From the NCBI GenBank assembly GCA_963713605.1, contig CAVQMO010000010.1, positions 224,001 to 288,000 on the forward strand: 64,000 nt of DNA, in the 5' to 3' direction. Shown in pieces: positions 43,334-54,455 of the stretch. The notes under the pieces were generated by a model. That model had not been told where the DNA came from. It was given only the letters and a program-made list of their open reading frames with translations, and made no database searches. How positions within the stretch are numbered: position 1 is the first letter of the stretch; every line of letters starts with the position of its first letter. A program made the position numbers and the translations under genes. This stretch comes from an uncultured Nitrososphaerales archaeon. GTDB lineage: Archaea > Thermoproteota > Nitrososphaeria > Nitrososphaerales > Nitrososphaeraceae.

Positions 43334-45100
43334 CTATTCCACTTGAGTTATAGTCTGAATGCTGTATACAATACTCGTTTGAGAGTTAGCTTGAATAGGA
43401 ACAGAGAATTGTACTTTCGATGCATCCTTTCGCACGAAAGGAACAGTATTGTCTAGTATTGTCCAATCATCACGCAAATCACCTACATTGACTAAGACTG
43501 TTGCAGACTGATTGCTTCTATTCTTGAGTGTTACGTTGTATGTCTTTATGTTGATTTCGTCAGACGGATTAGATTCAGCTACAAGAGAAGTTTGTCCCAC
43601 AATATCAAACGCATTACCTACATTCAAAGTGATATTTTCATTGGTCGGTGTATGACTGATGCTATCTTCTCCAATAAAGATTAAATCCTCATTCTTTTCT
43701 TTTTGATCATCATATTGCTTGTATATTCTCATAATCCCACTGGGCAATGGAATTCCCAGTCCATTATTATCATTGTCTTTTGTGTTGTTGAATAATAAAC
43801 TAATAGAAATAGGAATGGTATCTTCGACACCAAGAATGTCTGCGGAGATATCGTACGTATAGGTCTTGTTTATTTCTATATTTTCCGGATCAAAGAGTTT
43901 GATCTGTTTGGTCTGTTTATCATTGATTTCATCTATTGTTCCATTAACAGAGTACAGATGATAGTCAAAGAATTGTCTTTCAGATACAGTGGATTGATCT
44001 TCCTCAACTCCTGATGGAGCTGGAAATGCCATTTCTGGACTTTCTTCATCGTACTTATTTTGTGATGGATATAATTCTGGTGACTCTAAATTAACGTCTC
44101 CTGCAACCAGTTTCAGTGTAAAATTCCCAAAATCAATTCCTGCCTGATTATCTAATGTTATCCATCCCTGGATGCTTAGATTGGTTTCATTCTTATCTAA
44201 TACCGCTATGTAATCTGCATTCCAATTTATACCTCTGGTTAAATATGATAACAGAGCTTCAACGTTATCATGACTCTCAGCTACTGGATTTAAGGAATTG
44301 ACTTGGTTATCATGATGTATCTTCCATACTAAACTAGGTCTGATTACAAATTCAGAAAGTATAGACGATGGTGAAGATATAAGTTTAATAGTTTCTGCGG
44401 GGAGTATCTTGATCTGTTTTTCCGTGGTATCAAGTATTATGATATTATTCTCTTCAAATGCCAAAAGCTTTCCCGTAATCGGAGGCAATAATGATGATGT
44501 ATTATGATCATCAAAAGAACTGTCAGAAAATGCTAAAGGTAAAGAAGAAGCATAGTTTTTATTATTATTGACAATATTACTATTGCTTTTGGTATCTAGA
44601 TTAGATTCTGTCGTTAAGATATTTCCAACATATACAGCAATCTCTTCACCTAATAGTTTCTCAAGTATTGCTTGTAAATTAAGAATATCATATTCAAAGC
44701 TTAGCTCTTCTACGGTGCAGCAATTCTTGTAGTCATCGGAGAAATTAAGATAGGCTGATGTTGGTTCAATTGATGTTGCTATATTTTCAAATCTTACTGA
44801 GTTTAGACCGACGGATAAATTATTGATTAACCTCTTCTCTTGGATGAATCCAAGATCATTGTTATAGGCTACTATTGTCATGGCAGAAGATTGATTTGAA
44901 ATTTTTGTTGTATTATAATTCGTAGAACTAAGTAGGTCATAAGTATTGGTATAATTACTTTCTTGAGCCATTAATAACGAAAATGATGGTAACAGAATTG
45001 ACATAGATAGGAAGAGTGCTGCTGAAGGTATGCTTGCCATTAAAATTCCCAACCGAGGGTCTATCTTTATCAAGTCAATCTGAAGTTTTGAAAATGACAT
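43334..45100 (-). CDS. Secreted DUF4139-domain protein
   Basis: AYNNDLGFIQE.R, LSYLTRGINW.ADY, W.TLDNQAG.DF, LVAGDVN, LGIPLPSG.MRIY, IGEDSI.HTP. Confidence 0.88.
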   Translation of the reverse strand: MSFSKLQIDLIKIDPRLGILMASIPSAALFLSMSILLPSFSLLMAQESNYTNTYDLLSSTNYNTTKISNQSSAMTIVAYNNDLGFIQEKRLINNLSVGLNSVRFENIATSIEPTSAYLNFSDDYKNCCTVEELSFEYDILNLQAILEKLLGEEIAVYVGNILTTESNLDTKSNSNIVNNNKNYASSLPLAFSDSSFDDHNTSSLLPPITGKLLAFEENNIIILDTTEKQIKILPAETIKLISSPSSILSEFVIRPSLVWKIHHDNQVNSLNPVAESHDNVEALLSYLTRGINWNADYIAVLDKNETNLSIQGWITLDNQAGIDFGNFTLKLVAGDVNLESPELYPSQNKYDEESPEMAFPAPSGVEEDQSTVSERQFFDYHLYSVNGTIDEINDKQTKQIKLFDPENIEINKTYTYDISADILGVEDTIPISISLLFNNTKDNDNNGLGIPLPSGIMRIYKQYDDQKEKNEDLIFIGEDSISHTPTNENITLNVGNAFDIVGQTSLVAESNPSDEINIKTYNVTLKNRSNQSATVLVNVGDLRDDWTILDNTVPFVRKDASKVQFSVPIQANSQTSIVYSIQTITQVE

Positions 45101-45747
45101 GTCTGGAATGTCAAATAGGATAATCTATCTAATAGTTATGCTTTACTACCTCACAAGGTATCCGTCTATGCAATATTTTACTTGAATGTTGAGTCATCTT
45201 TTCTTATTACTGATCGCTGTCGTCAACTTGTCAAGGTAACTCCTGATTTCGATAATGTTGAAATCAGGGGAACCCATTTTTTTTATGAGTGCAGTAGTTG
45301 TAGTTGTAGTAGTAGTTGTAACAAGATCCAAGTTTTGACTTTACCGTCAATACCTCTATATTCTCACCTACAGCTTCATGATTTTTTGTACGATGTGTAT
45401 ATTGTTGCAACTCATTAATTGTATACTTACTAGATTTATTCCCTGGGGATAATCTACATACTGTGGTGCCGTATCCGCTTTATTCAAGTATAAGTCTATC
45501 ATAATTATTACTTATCAATTGAATAGTATAAGAATTTCCCCAGATCTGTGGATATCAAGAAATATAATACCACTTTTGGTTAAAATACTTCAGTATCATT
45601 ACACATTAATTAGAGATTATTATTGTGAATTCATATAAGACTGGCCTGTTATTAGCCAAAGGTAAGCCTTTACTGCTAAGCTCTGGTGTCTTGTTTATTT
45701 TCCATTCTTTCAGGTCTGTGCGAATTTTTCATGATTTTATTCGTAGA

Positions 45748-45969
45748 TTATTGCTGTGTTTCATTGGGTCTGACTTTAAGTTGCCGGCCTTCTACCTCAA
45801 GGTATACTTTTCTTTTTGCTTCTGGCTTACCCGGTACTAGAGCCATAAGAGCACGGCCATGTAACGTTAGTATTATGCCGGAATCGATAGTCTTGAAAGT
45901 ATTCATATCTACCATCTGTTCAAAATTAAAGGAAATGACTGTTAAAACGGAGTGCATTCGAGATCCCAT
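45748..45969 (-). CDS. Hypothetical protein
   Basis: MNTFKTIDSGIILTLHGRALMALVPG...; true start probably internal. Confidence 0.4.
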   Translation of the reverse strand: MGSRMHSVLTVISFNFEQMVDMNTFKTIDSGIILTLHGRALMALVPGKPEAKRKVYLEVEGRQLKVRPNETQQ

Positions 45970-46051
45970 CGATATAGAAAATGACGGCCTTAGGGTAATG
46001 TTTGCGAGGTACTGGCCGAAAGGGGTTCAGGTAATACGAAATCTGAAATAG
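45935..46051 (+). pseudogene. DUF488/YeaO-family N-terminal fragment
   Basis: MTVKTECIRDPIDIENDGLRVMFARYWPKGV, then a stop. Confidence 0.55.
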
Positions 46052-46208
46052 CAATTAGGACAGGTGAAGAAGATTATAATTTCCATTCTGATAGAGACAT
46101 ATTTGAAATTTAAGAATATCGGTGAGGATATTAGAACGAAGTATTAGAGCACTCTTCTGTGAACGCATAATATTATTAGTCATTAGTTTCAATGTTAGCT
46201 GTAAACCT

Positions 46209-46484
46209 ATGGAGAAAACCATTCACGTTAATAGTTGTGATAGCCGTGTTCATGCTTATCAAAATGGTAAGACCATGGAACAATGTAAGGAAGAAGCCAG
46301 AGAAAATACTCGAGTACTAGCAAAAGAATTATTAGAATATGGTGAGGTTTCATGGACACGAGTATTAGATATGGCAGGCCAAGACGAACTGGTTTATAAA
46401 CTAACCTTGAAATATCTCCGACAACAAGGATATGATATCGGAAATAATAAAATTCCAAGAGTTAAACCCAACACAGGCCTGTAA
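46209..46484 (+). CDS. Conserved hypothetical protein
   Basis: SCDSRVHAYQNGKT.EQCK...DELVYKLTLKYLRQ.GYDIG; ATG 46209. Confidence 0.75.
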   Translation: MEKTIHVNSCDSRVHAYQNGKTMEQCKEEARENTRVLAKELLEYGEVSWTRVLDMAGQDELVYKLTLKYLRQQGYDIGNNKIPRVKPNTGL

Positions 46485-46634
46485 ATAGTAAAGCTACGCT
46501 ATTCCAATTTCTAGCGGTTAGATATTCATTATCAATTGGATTTGAAAAATCTCTACAATAATAACAACCCCCACAACTCATAGTTCACAACTCTGGTAAA
46601 AATAACATTCAGTGCTTAATTTGATTTGTTACGT

Positions 46635-46765
46635 CTAGACACCGAGATCCCATTCTGCATTATACTTACGGCCGCACTTGTGTAGCAGTACCAGTATGTT
46701 TTATCATCTTCCATATGCCAGATACGCTCCATCTTCTTGTTACCACACCTATGGCATTCAGGCAT
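46635..46765 (-). pseudogene. 42-aa zinc-ribbon microprotein with a 2-bp (AC) duplication
   Basis: Repaired reading MPECHRCGNKKMERIWHMEDDKTYWYCYKCGRKYNAEWDLGV*; span is 131 bp (3n+2). Confidence 0.65.
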
Positions 46766-46885
46766 ATCTAACTACTAGTCACCCACTAACCCGCTTATAA
46801 TGTCTATATAATTGGACAAAACCAATTGGTTACTGTGAAGGAAGTCAAGTATTTTTTGAGTTTACAACACACGAATTCATTTTGG

Positions 46886-47353
46886 TTATTGCATTTTAGC
46901 GAAATCCCACGTAGAAAAGAATTTGGGATCAATTTCAATTATGACATGATTTCCTTTTTTTGCACTCTCCAATATCATTCTAGGAATTGGATGATCGAGT
47001 GTTCCAAGATATTTCATATTTATTTTCTTTACCTCTGGAACAGTTCTAACTGGATCATCTACTACGGTCGCAATACCTTTACCTTTCACTCCTTTATACA
47101 TAAAGTTCTCGTCATCTATTGAAAAATAAACATTAGGTTTGTTTCGTAAATTTCTAATTTTTTTAGCTGCTTTGGGTGTAATTATCAAAAATTTTTCTCT
47201 ATCCTTATCGTAGTTGAACCATACTGGTTGAATATTAGGATCACCATCGTCATCAATAGTACCGATTTGTAAATTTAGCTTATTTTCGAGGAATGTATCG
47301 ACTTCTTCTTTGCTCATGGAGGGAGTACCAGCAACTGCACTAATTACCTTCAT
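46886..47353 (-). CDS. Pyridoxamine 5'-phosphate oxidase-like (possibly F420-binding) protein
   Basis: IGTID.DG.P.IQPVWF, KKIRNLRNKPNV, YKGVKGKG. Confidence 0.88.
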   Translation of the reverse strand: MKVISAVAGTPSMSKEEVDTFLENKLNLQIGTIDDDGDPNIQPVWFNYDKDREKFLIITPKAAKKIRNLRNKPNVYFSIDDENFMYKGVKGKGIATVVDDPVRTVPEVKKINMKYLGTLDHPIPRMILESAKKGNHVIIEIDPKFFSTWDFAKMQ

Positions 47354-47552
47354 ACCACTGATTCGGAAAACATGCAGAAAAGAGTTACTCCTCGCCAGGA
47401 GTTCTTCAATGTACTTAAACAGCTTATTTGAATATTTCAGAGTTTGATTATAAATGGATCATTTCTTACATGGCTCCAAATCAAGACTATATTCTCTCCC
47501 GCTGCTTCTTGTACTTTACTGACTATATCGCAAGCTGGCCAGTCATTGATTC

Positions 47553-47804
47553 ATGCAAAAACACAAACTAGTCAAGCAAGAAATTGAAAGTATTGTATCA
47601 AACCCTAGACGTCCGTTAAGATTGTCACTTGCGTCTTTATTCGAATCTGAAAGAAAGGAGCCTGGAAAACTCCGGGCCTTATATTACAATACATCCCCTA
47701 TTTTATTAGTAAAACAGTTATTATCGGCATCATCCGTCATTCAAAATGAACAATATTTACTTTTTGCCGTATTTCTTAATCGATCGAAATCCTATATATG
47801 TTAG
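47553..47804 (+). pseudogene. C-terminal fragment of a Nitrososphaera HTH/coiled-coil element protein
   Basis: VKQEIESIVSNPRR.LRLSLASLFES.RK.PGKLRALYYN. Confidence 0.5.
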
Positions 47805-47852
47805 GCTTAACTTTACTGATCTCCTGGAATAGATAGCTCCCGATATAATCTT

Positions 47853-48311
47853 TCACAAACCGTAATGAGACGCTATCCTTCGATCCATCAATTCTTTTTC
47901 TGCGACATACTTTTTGTATTGTTTATTCCATGAGCCTATTCTCATATACTGCCGTATGCCAGCAAATAGCCATATCGATGATATAGTGATGACAGTCCCA
48001 AGTAAAAATCCTAATACAATTCCAAACTCATTCCCACTGTTTAGGGCTGCAGAGAAAGATGGATGTCGTATAAGATAAATACTGAGACCTATTGCAATGG
48101 GAGCAAGTAATAATGCAGAAATCGAAACTCCTACCAGAGTTCGTCGGATCTGGAATATCTTTTCGACAAAACTATCCATCAATGCCAAAGTGTTATTTCT
48201 AGCAGCAACAGACTCAGGTTCTTTGTTTATTTCATTGGAGCCCTTAATTCTACCCTTTTCTTCATCCTTCGTTATTCTCATTCCAGCGATCATTATATAA
48301 TCTATATACAT
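47853..48311 (-). CDS. Two-TM membrane protein
   Basis: GVSISALLLAPIAIGLSIYL..HPSF and second helix LGTVITISSIW. Confidence 0.75.
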   Translation of the reverse strand: MYIDYIMIAGMRITKDEEKGRIKGSNEINKEPESVAARNNTLALMDSFVEKIFQIRRTLVGVSISALLLAPIAIGLSIYLIRHPSFSAALNSGNEFGIVLGFLLGTVITISSIWLFAGIRQYMRIGSWNKQYKKYVAEKELMDRRIASHYGL

Positions 48312-48781
48312 ACTAGTCTATTTATATAATGATGAACATAGTTACCGGTTCTTTAGATAGTCAACTTAAACGGTTATTAGATGATTTTTGTTCTTCCTGC
48401 ATCCAAAGTACAGTTTGTCAATATAGCAGTCAGATATCAACGTAGCCAATTATTTGGATCTGTCAGAGTCGGCTTCAATGAACCTGAGACTGAACTAGTT
48501 ATGTAGTAGGTATGAAACTCGTAAATACAATCCAATCTATATGACACCCAACAGTTCTGGTTTCGCAAGCATTGCTCTCATAGTCTTGAACGTTCTAAGA
48601 TGGGAAATTATGGTAGGATATTAGGTGCCAGTATGCATGCTGCAATGCTATTGATGCTATCGACTCGAACCATTTTAAGAATATCTGCTCCATACTATTC
48701 TATCAGATGAATAGTCTTTTAAAATGTCAGCGTAGCCTATACTATCCTGAATAGCATCTGAAGAGTGTCTTTTTCCGGTTG

Positions 48782-48960
48782 ACTCTATCAACAAGGAAAG
48801 ATTTTGATATCTCTCGTTATGAGGATGAGTATACGGAAGAACTAGAAGCTAATTAATGCAAAAGCTAAAGGCAAAACCAATTTAATAAAGCAGACAACAA
48901 AAGTACCGAAGCAGACACAAGATTTGGTAGCTGCTTTGGAGGCGAGTTTAGCAAACCCTC
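48782..48960 (+). pseudogene. Ku (NHEJ) protein C-terminal remnant
   Basis: DFDISRYEDEYTEELE/LINAKAKGK...QDLVAALEASL. Confidence 0.65.
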
Positions 48961-49124
48961 ATCGGCCAAGTACTCATGAGTATTACTTCATTCTGAAAAA
49001 GAAGATAAGCCATAACTGTGTATGAATGAAAAGAATACCGTGAGTAAAACCACAAAGAAGTTGACTCGAACATTTAATTAGCTTTAAAAGAAAAAGGTTC
49101 CAAGGCGCCACTACTCATAGGTAT

Positions 49125-50207
49125 TTATTCCACTAACTTGTAAGCTACAAGTTTGTTTTCCTGCATAAGAGGTATTACAATCGCACTTTGGCTTGGTATA
49201 AATCCTAGGTCGGCAGCCCCTTGTGTGTGTAAATTTATCAAAGTTATATACTCTGCTCCGTCCGAGTTAACACTATAGATCTTTCCTGCGGGGTTGTCAG
49301 TTATAAAATAACGTGTTTCCGTAGCGTCAGATTCTATTCCATCAAGGCCCCCAAAAGGAGAGGTCATTCCTTCCTTTCCTAAACTGCTTATCGTCTTATT
49401 TTCTAAATCGACAACTTCTATGCCGGCACCAGGTTTACTCATATCTCCCAAAGAAGCAACAACTAATCTATTTTTAGCATTATCAAAATGCAACCCATTA
49501 GGACCATTTAATTGTGGGCTTTGTAACCAAGCTTGTAGAGACGTATTATTACTATCCTTAGCGTTCGCATCTAGCTTGTAGATAGTATTAGTAACTGTAT
49601 CAGATACATAGATATTCCCTTGATCATCTAATGCAACATCATTAAGAAAAGCGCTTGCTGGTGCGTTGAAACGCTTGATTATATTTCCACTTCCAATATC
49701 TATCTCGACTAGATCTGTGATATCTGAAACGTACAATCTGCTACTACTATTATTATTATAAATAGCCATACCTTTTGGTGCATTTAGTCCTGTTATCCAA
49801 TTTAATTCAACGATGCTCCCATTCGAAGGTGAAACCTTAGAAATGAATCCGTTCTGATCTATCTGATCTGGTTTTCCATCTATGTTAGAAACGAACAATA
49901 CATCTTGTTTGGGCGCATAGACCACTGATTCTGGGTTCTTCAAGTCATCTGGCGATTCCCATAATATGCTGATCTCTGTCTGCCCTACTCCTTGTTGTTG
50001 TTGCTGCTGCTCTTGTACTTGTGCTTGTGCTTGATTATCGTTATTAACGCTGACCCCACTGAAAAATACTATTCCTAATGTTGCTACTAGAAGCAAAGAG
50101 GTCAAAAATAACGAATTCTGCCGATGTCTTCTAATATTTGCGATCAATGTCCAATTACTATGAAGAATGAGTAATAAACCTAACACTTTCATTTTTCTTA
50201 TTGTCAC
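49125..50207 (-). CDS. Secreted SMP-30/gluconolactonase-like beta-propeller
   Basis: LKNPESV, LFVSNIDG, GLNAPKGMAI, FLNDVA, GPNGL, GGLDGIE, GAADL; start uncertain. Confidence 0.88.
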   Translation of the reverse strand: MTIRKMKVLGLLLILHSNWTLIANIRRHRQNSLFLTSLLLVATLGIVFFSGVSVNNDNQAQAQVQEQQQQQQGVGQTEISILWESPDDLKNPESVVYAPKQDVLFVSNIDGKPDQIDQNGFISKVSPSNGSIVELNWITGLNAPKGMAIYNNNSSSRLYVSDITDLVEIDIGSGNIIKRFNAPASAFLNDVALDDQGNIYVSDTVTNTIYKLDANAKDSNNTSLQAWLQSPQLNGPNGLHFDNAKNRLVVASLGDMSKPGAGIEVVDLENKTISSLGKEGMTSPFGGLDGIESDATETRYFITDNPAGKIYSVNSDGAEYITLINLHTQGAADLGFIPSQSAIVIPLMQENKLVAYKLVE

Positions 50208-50629
50208 TCACCTAGTCTAGATACGGTGTTAATTGACATTTCTGACCATGAACAATCGATGCAAGTCTTCCTTGTTATTACTTATATCTTCAGCTATTAA
50301 AAAATGGAAAACGATCTGCAGCGATGAATATAAAGAAAATAAAAGAAGATGTCATGGTGGCTGAACCCCTTTACCAGCAATGTTCAAATCCCATTGGCTC
50401 CCATGTGATATTGGTTCTTTTATTGGACTCACCCGAAAAAGAAGTGAAACCAGATCCTAGCTTACCTCTGCTTGTTGAATGTGTATGAAAGTACAACCAC
50501 GGAAGCTTATTGATCTAACACAATAAATACACAATTGAATCACAATTGAATGACTTCTCTCTTAGCTTTTTCTAATTTGTAGGGCACCACAGCTTGGCTC
50601 ACAGAAACATAAGCTCAGGCCTGAGGATT

Positions 50630-51085
50630 TCATTGAGGAGAGAGATTGGGAGGCATATAGTTTGATATGGAGGAACCTTGATGGTGAATTAGAAGCCATC
50701 GATTTCCGTATCTTTCAAATATGTTAGTTGCTATAACACCAATTTTATCTTGCTGCCCGTTAATTGGAGAATCGATATTTTCCTGACACACAACTACTCC
50801 TATATCACCATTATCAAATATCCTTACCTTCGTATTCGTAATATTGAATTTGAGCATCTCAGTATTTTGAAAAATTGTAACCCAACTTTCCCGTATCGCT
50901 AACCATCCAATTAATAAATCCCATCCAGGATGTACGCAAATGACATTTTCGTCATGTTTCCACACGTTATCCATCATGTCTATTGATAATCTCTCAAAAG
51001 CATGGTAGAATTCGGCATTACTCTTTAATATCTCTGTCAAACTAATTTCATTCCCCGTAGTCTGTTCGTAGGTGCCATAAAGCAA
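50630..51085 (-). CDS. NTF2/SnoaL-like protein
   Basis: N.EFYHAFE, CVHPGW..L.GW.AIRESW, ATNIFE...WLLIHHQGS; start may be TTG 51040. Confidence 0.88.
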   Translation of the reverse strand: MLYGTYEQTTGNEISLTEILKSNAEFYHAFERLSIDMMDNVWKHDENVICVHPGWDLLIGWLAIRESWVTIFQNTEMLKFNITNTKVRIFDNGDIGVVVCQENIDSPINGQQDKIGVIATNIFERYGNRWLLIHHQGSSISNYMPPNLSPQ

Positions 51086-51222
51086 ATGATGTAAAGGCTA
51101 GTATAGAATGAGATTGGTACTCAGTGGGATATATCTGCGCCGTTGCTAGTCTTAACATCCAAGAATGAAAATAAAAAAAGAGGTGAAGTCAGTTCCAGTA
51201 TTTCAGAAAATTCTAGTTGGTG

Positions 51223-51480
51223 CTACTTGACGGCGTTATCGTCGCCAATTGATGGGAATGCTTGAGCAGATCCTATTGATACTACGTTCTCCTCGCCTTG
51301 AATCTGAGAATCAATATTTTGACATCCAACGTTTAATGGTAGTTCACCATTTCCACAGCTGTTGGCTTGTGAGATAGCCTGATTCTTTTCATAGGCAAGA
51401 GCGGTATCTGCTGTTATTGCTGTTGTTCCCACTAATGTTGCCGCTATTACCGCTACTATTGCGATATATTTGAAGTTCAT
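51223..51480 (-). CDS. Small secreted Asn/Gln-rich two-Cys protein
   Basis: Signal peptide, then YEKNQAISQANSCGN...NVGCQN..SQIQGEEN. Confidence 0.8.
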   Translation of the reverse strand: MNFKYIAIVAVIAATLVGTTAITADTALAYEKNQAISQANSCGNGELPLNVGCQNIDSQIQGEENVVSIGSAQAFPSIGDDNAVK

Positions 51481-52137
51481 TTTTCTGTCAGTCTGTGTGC
51501 GTGTTATGCTTATGTAGATTAAGCAAAATCAGACGGTTACATAAATCTGATATTTATTCTATTAGAACAAAGTCAAGACAAGGCGGAGTTGAGATAATAC
51601 AAACAAAGGTATGACGACCATGTCGTGCAGGTTGGTGTTCGTATCTCAGTCACACCCTTGATTGTAGCTAGAATAATGCAATATTGTATAAAACAGATTC
51701 ACATTAGTACGCAGGCAGACAAGATAAACAACCAAGTTGCCAAATCCTTTCTTTTTTATTTATTATTTTATACTTTATGTACTAGCTACTGTGGAAATCT
51801 CATCAGGACTCGGTAGGAACAAGGTCTGCAGCAGGAAACCCATTAAGATCCTTAATAATGTGTTTAGACAATTAGATTTCCAACTACCTGAAGGTATACC
51901 AAGCAATGGCAGGATAGTATCTCCTGGCGCAGGAACCGGCCGCGCTGCCTTTTGGTAACGCTTGATCATTATCTCCAGCATTACGTCAGTATATGATTTG
52001 GCATTACTAACTTAAATCAAGTCATCGGTATAAGCCAGCTCAGTAATGCTTGTAAAAATGAGATAGAATTACATTTGATCGTCATTTTTTGAAATTTTCA
52101 TGAGTATTCTTCAAATAATACACTTAGTAGTATACAG

Positions 52138-52344
52138 GTGATTAAATTCCTAAAGTCAAATTCAAATCATAAAGTCAATATTGCTACAGAGCTGGAATCA
52201 TGTTACCACCAGTGCACCAAATGTGCAATCATATTCCACTGTAATGGACCAAAGCCCAATGATATTAGTATCAGTGGATGCACAAGGCCTTTCTTCTACG
52301 GCAAATGCAATATTTGTAATGATGGTCTTTGGCCCAAGGCCTAA
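52138..52344 (+). CDS. Small Cys-rich putative zinc-binding protein
   Basis: CYHQCTKC..IFHC...GC..PF.YGKCNIC. Confidence 0.6.
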   Translation: MIKFLKSNSNHKVNIATELESCYHQCTKCAIIFHCNGPKPNDISISGCTRPFFYGKCNICNDGLWPKA

Positions 52345-52677
52345 TCTGGCTGGTCGCTACAAACATCCGCGCTTTATTGATGACTTAGTAACACTGAGAG
52401 GTTTTGAAACCTGCAATATGAACCGTCACAAATCAGCTAATCCTCCGGATTAACAAGGAGTGATTGAAGGTTATTGGTTGTTGTTGCACCTTCCTACCCT
52501 ATTTTGAGGAATGAACTGCTGCAGCGGTCATCTCTCTACTATATTTATCCTTACAATGCTTGTGGAGGATATCTAATTTGTCTATTCGCATAATAGTCCA
52601 TTAGTATGGGCATTTGTTGAAATTGTTTCAATTGCTATGAATTGATTTTTGACAATTTATAGCGGTTGTCTGAAGTC

Positions 52678-52787
52678 TATTTGTCGTCGTCTTCAACTCG
52701 AACTAAATGCGCGATTTCCTATATAGTCTTACATTCTTGATGGAGTTTGACCACTATCCGCTCTTTCTTTTTTAATATCACCTTCAA
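52678..52787 (-). pseudogene. N-terminal remnant of the 26329-type HTH family
   Basis: VILKKKERIVVKLHQECKTI*EIAHLVR. Confidence 0.6.
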
Positions 52788-52995
52788 TAGGTTTTATTGA
52801 TAATCATCACTAAAGAGCTTTTTCTATCTGCTATCAGTTGATGTTACAGACTGATACCAACCCAATTCATTCTCATGACTAAATATCATTTAAGCCTTAA
52901 TAACAATTCTCTTCAATTACAATATCAGTTTCCTTTCCTATATTCAGTAGAATTCCGATAAAGATAGACTACTATATACCAATACGGCTTCCCTT

Positions 52996-54165
52996 CTAAA
53001 CTGCCCTATATGCATCAAAAATATTCTGTTCATAGTTCTCCCACAAAAGATTCTCTTTTGCAAACTGATACACTCCTAACCGCTTTTCATAAGTTTTTTC
53101 CATATTATCCCTGCAATCTCGAAGCCGTAATATCATATCTTCATAGTCTTCAAATGTAAGGCAGTAATCCTTAAGGATATTTTTTATTGGAACAAGTGAA
53201 GAAGTACATAGAACTACGAGACCTGCATGGGCATATTCATAGGCCTTGTTGGGACTGATATATTTATGAGACCAATGCTTTCTAAAAGGCACTATTCCAA
53301 CAGAGCTATTTTGCATTTCTTGGTACATCATATGTCGAGGGAGATAGCCTTTATATGCCACCCTGGAATTCAAAGGATCAGAATAAGAAGCATTATTTGA
53401 GGGTTCCTCATTCCCTATCATTGTTAAATTTCCAACATCATCGTATCGGTTGAATATGTCTACAAACCCTTCCATATTGCGATGAGCTATTTTGGTATTA
53501 TTTTTTGGCTCAATGCCTGCATAAACTGAAATTAACTCTTTATGAAACTTTGGAGGTTGTATATCTTTTATTTCGTTTTTCATAGGAAAATTAGGGGTGA
53601 TGAATACTTTGCCAGTGTTTCCTAATTGCCGGAGTTCTGTTGCAATATTTTCAGAAACCGTTAGTGTAGGGGTTGATGAAACTAGTTGCTTTTCCCATCT
53701 TAATCCCAATTTCAAAAATCTGTAATTCAATAATCTTAGTATTGTTTTTTGCATTAGCTTTCTAGGACTATCATTATTCCTATCAGGTTGCTCTAAGCTT
53801 GAGTTGTATGATTCGATCTGCCTTCTCACGTATGATGGCCAATATTCATGATCGTCGTATACAAAAGGGATATCAATTTCTGACACCATTTTTGCAGAGA
53901 AAACATTATGAGCATGAACGATATCTGGCCTAACCTCACGTACTATTCTCTTGAGCTGCTTTTTAACACAATACCAATAATACGGAAAAGCGCGTCGTGC
54001 TCTTGATGTCCAATTGATTTCATATATTTTTGAAAAAATGCTATTATTGGTATGAGATGGCATACCTGCAAAAAATACTTGATAATTACGATTTAGTGCA
54101 CTAATGGCTGATTTCTCTATTCTCCAATCTGGCAGCGCATAATCAGATAAATGGAGAACTCTCAA
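52996..54165 (-). CDS. GT-B (family 4-like) glycosyltransferase
   Basis: PDWRIEK, RPDIVHAHN, VYDDHEYW, SPNKAYEYAHAGL. Confidence 0.88.
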   Translation of the reverse strand: MRVLHLSDYALPDWRIEKSAISALNRNYQVFFAGMPSHTNNSIFSKIYEINWTSRARRAFPYYWYCVKKQLKRIVREVRPDIVHAHNVFSAKMVSEIDIPFVYDDHEYWPSYVRRQIESYNSSLEQPDRNNDSPRKLMQKTILRLLNYRFLKLGLRWEKQLVSSTPTLTVSENIATELRQLGNTGKVFITPNFPMKNEIKDIQPPKFHKELISVYAGIEPKNNTKIAHRNMEGFVDIFNRYDDVGNLTMIGNEEPSNNASYSDPLNSRVAYKGYLPRHMMYQEMQNSSVGIVPFRKHWSHKYISPNKAYEYAHAGLVVLCTSSLVPIKNILKDYCLTFEDYEDMILRLRDCRDNMEKTYEKRLGVYQFAKENLLWENYEQNIFDAYRAV

Positions 54166-54382
54166 TGGTGATGTATGTTAAAACTCCGTTTTTTAACATA
54201 TCGGCAGATCAAAATGAGTGACACGAGGTTCTGATAAACAAAATCCCATCCGTACATTCTCCGGTACTTTGATATTTACGTATGCCTAATGTCCGGATAG
54301 GAATTTCTTAAAGTGAGGATGGATCTTGTTAGAGATCCCATCTATGCATTGTAGTTCCTCCGTTTTTGAATTCAGAAATGCC

Positions 54383-54455
54383 ATTTGACGGATTTGACGG
54401 GTCATTTGACACAGCATTTGACTGGTTATTTGACGCGAGGGACACAGCATTTGAC
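54383..54455. repeat. Six ATTTGAC direct repeats (iteron/operator-like)
   Basis: Starts at 54383, 54392, 54404, 54416, 54428 and 54449; GACACAGCATTTGAC occurs twice. Confidence 0.88.

Noticed and set aside
50355..50403. tRNA-like GTTCAAATCCC...GGCTCCCA segment as a tRNA or att site
   Set aside because: T-stem is incomplete, no D arm or 5' acceptor strand is visible, and there is no second copy in the window
51737..51981. GRIVSPGAGTGRAAFW as a methyltransferase remnant
   Set aside because: A single short motif with no supporting context
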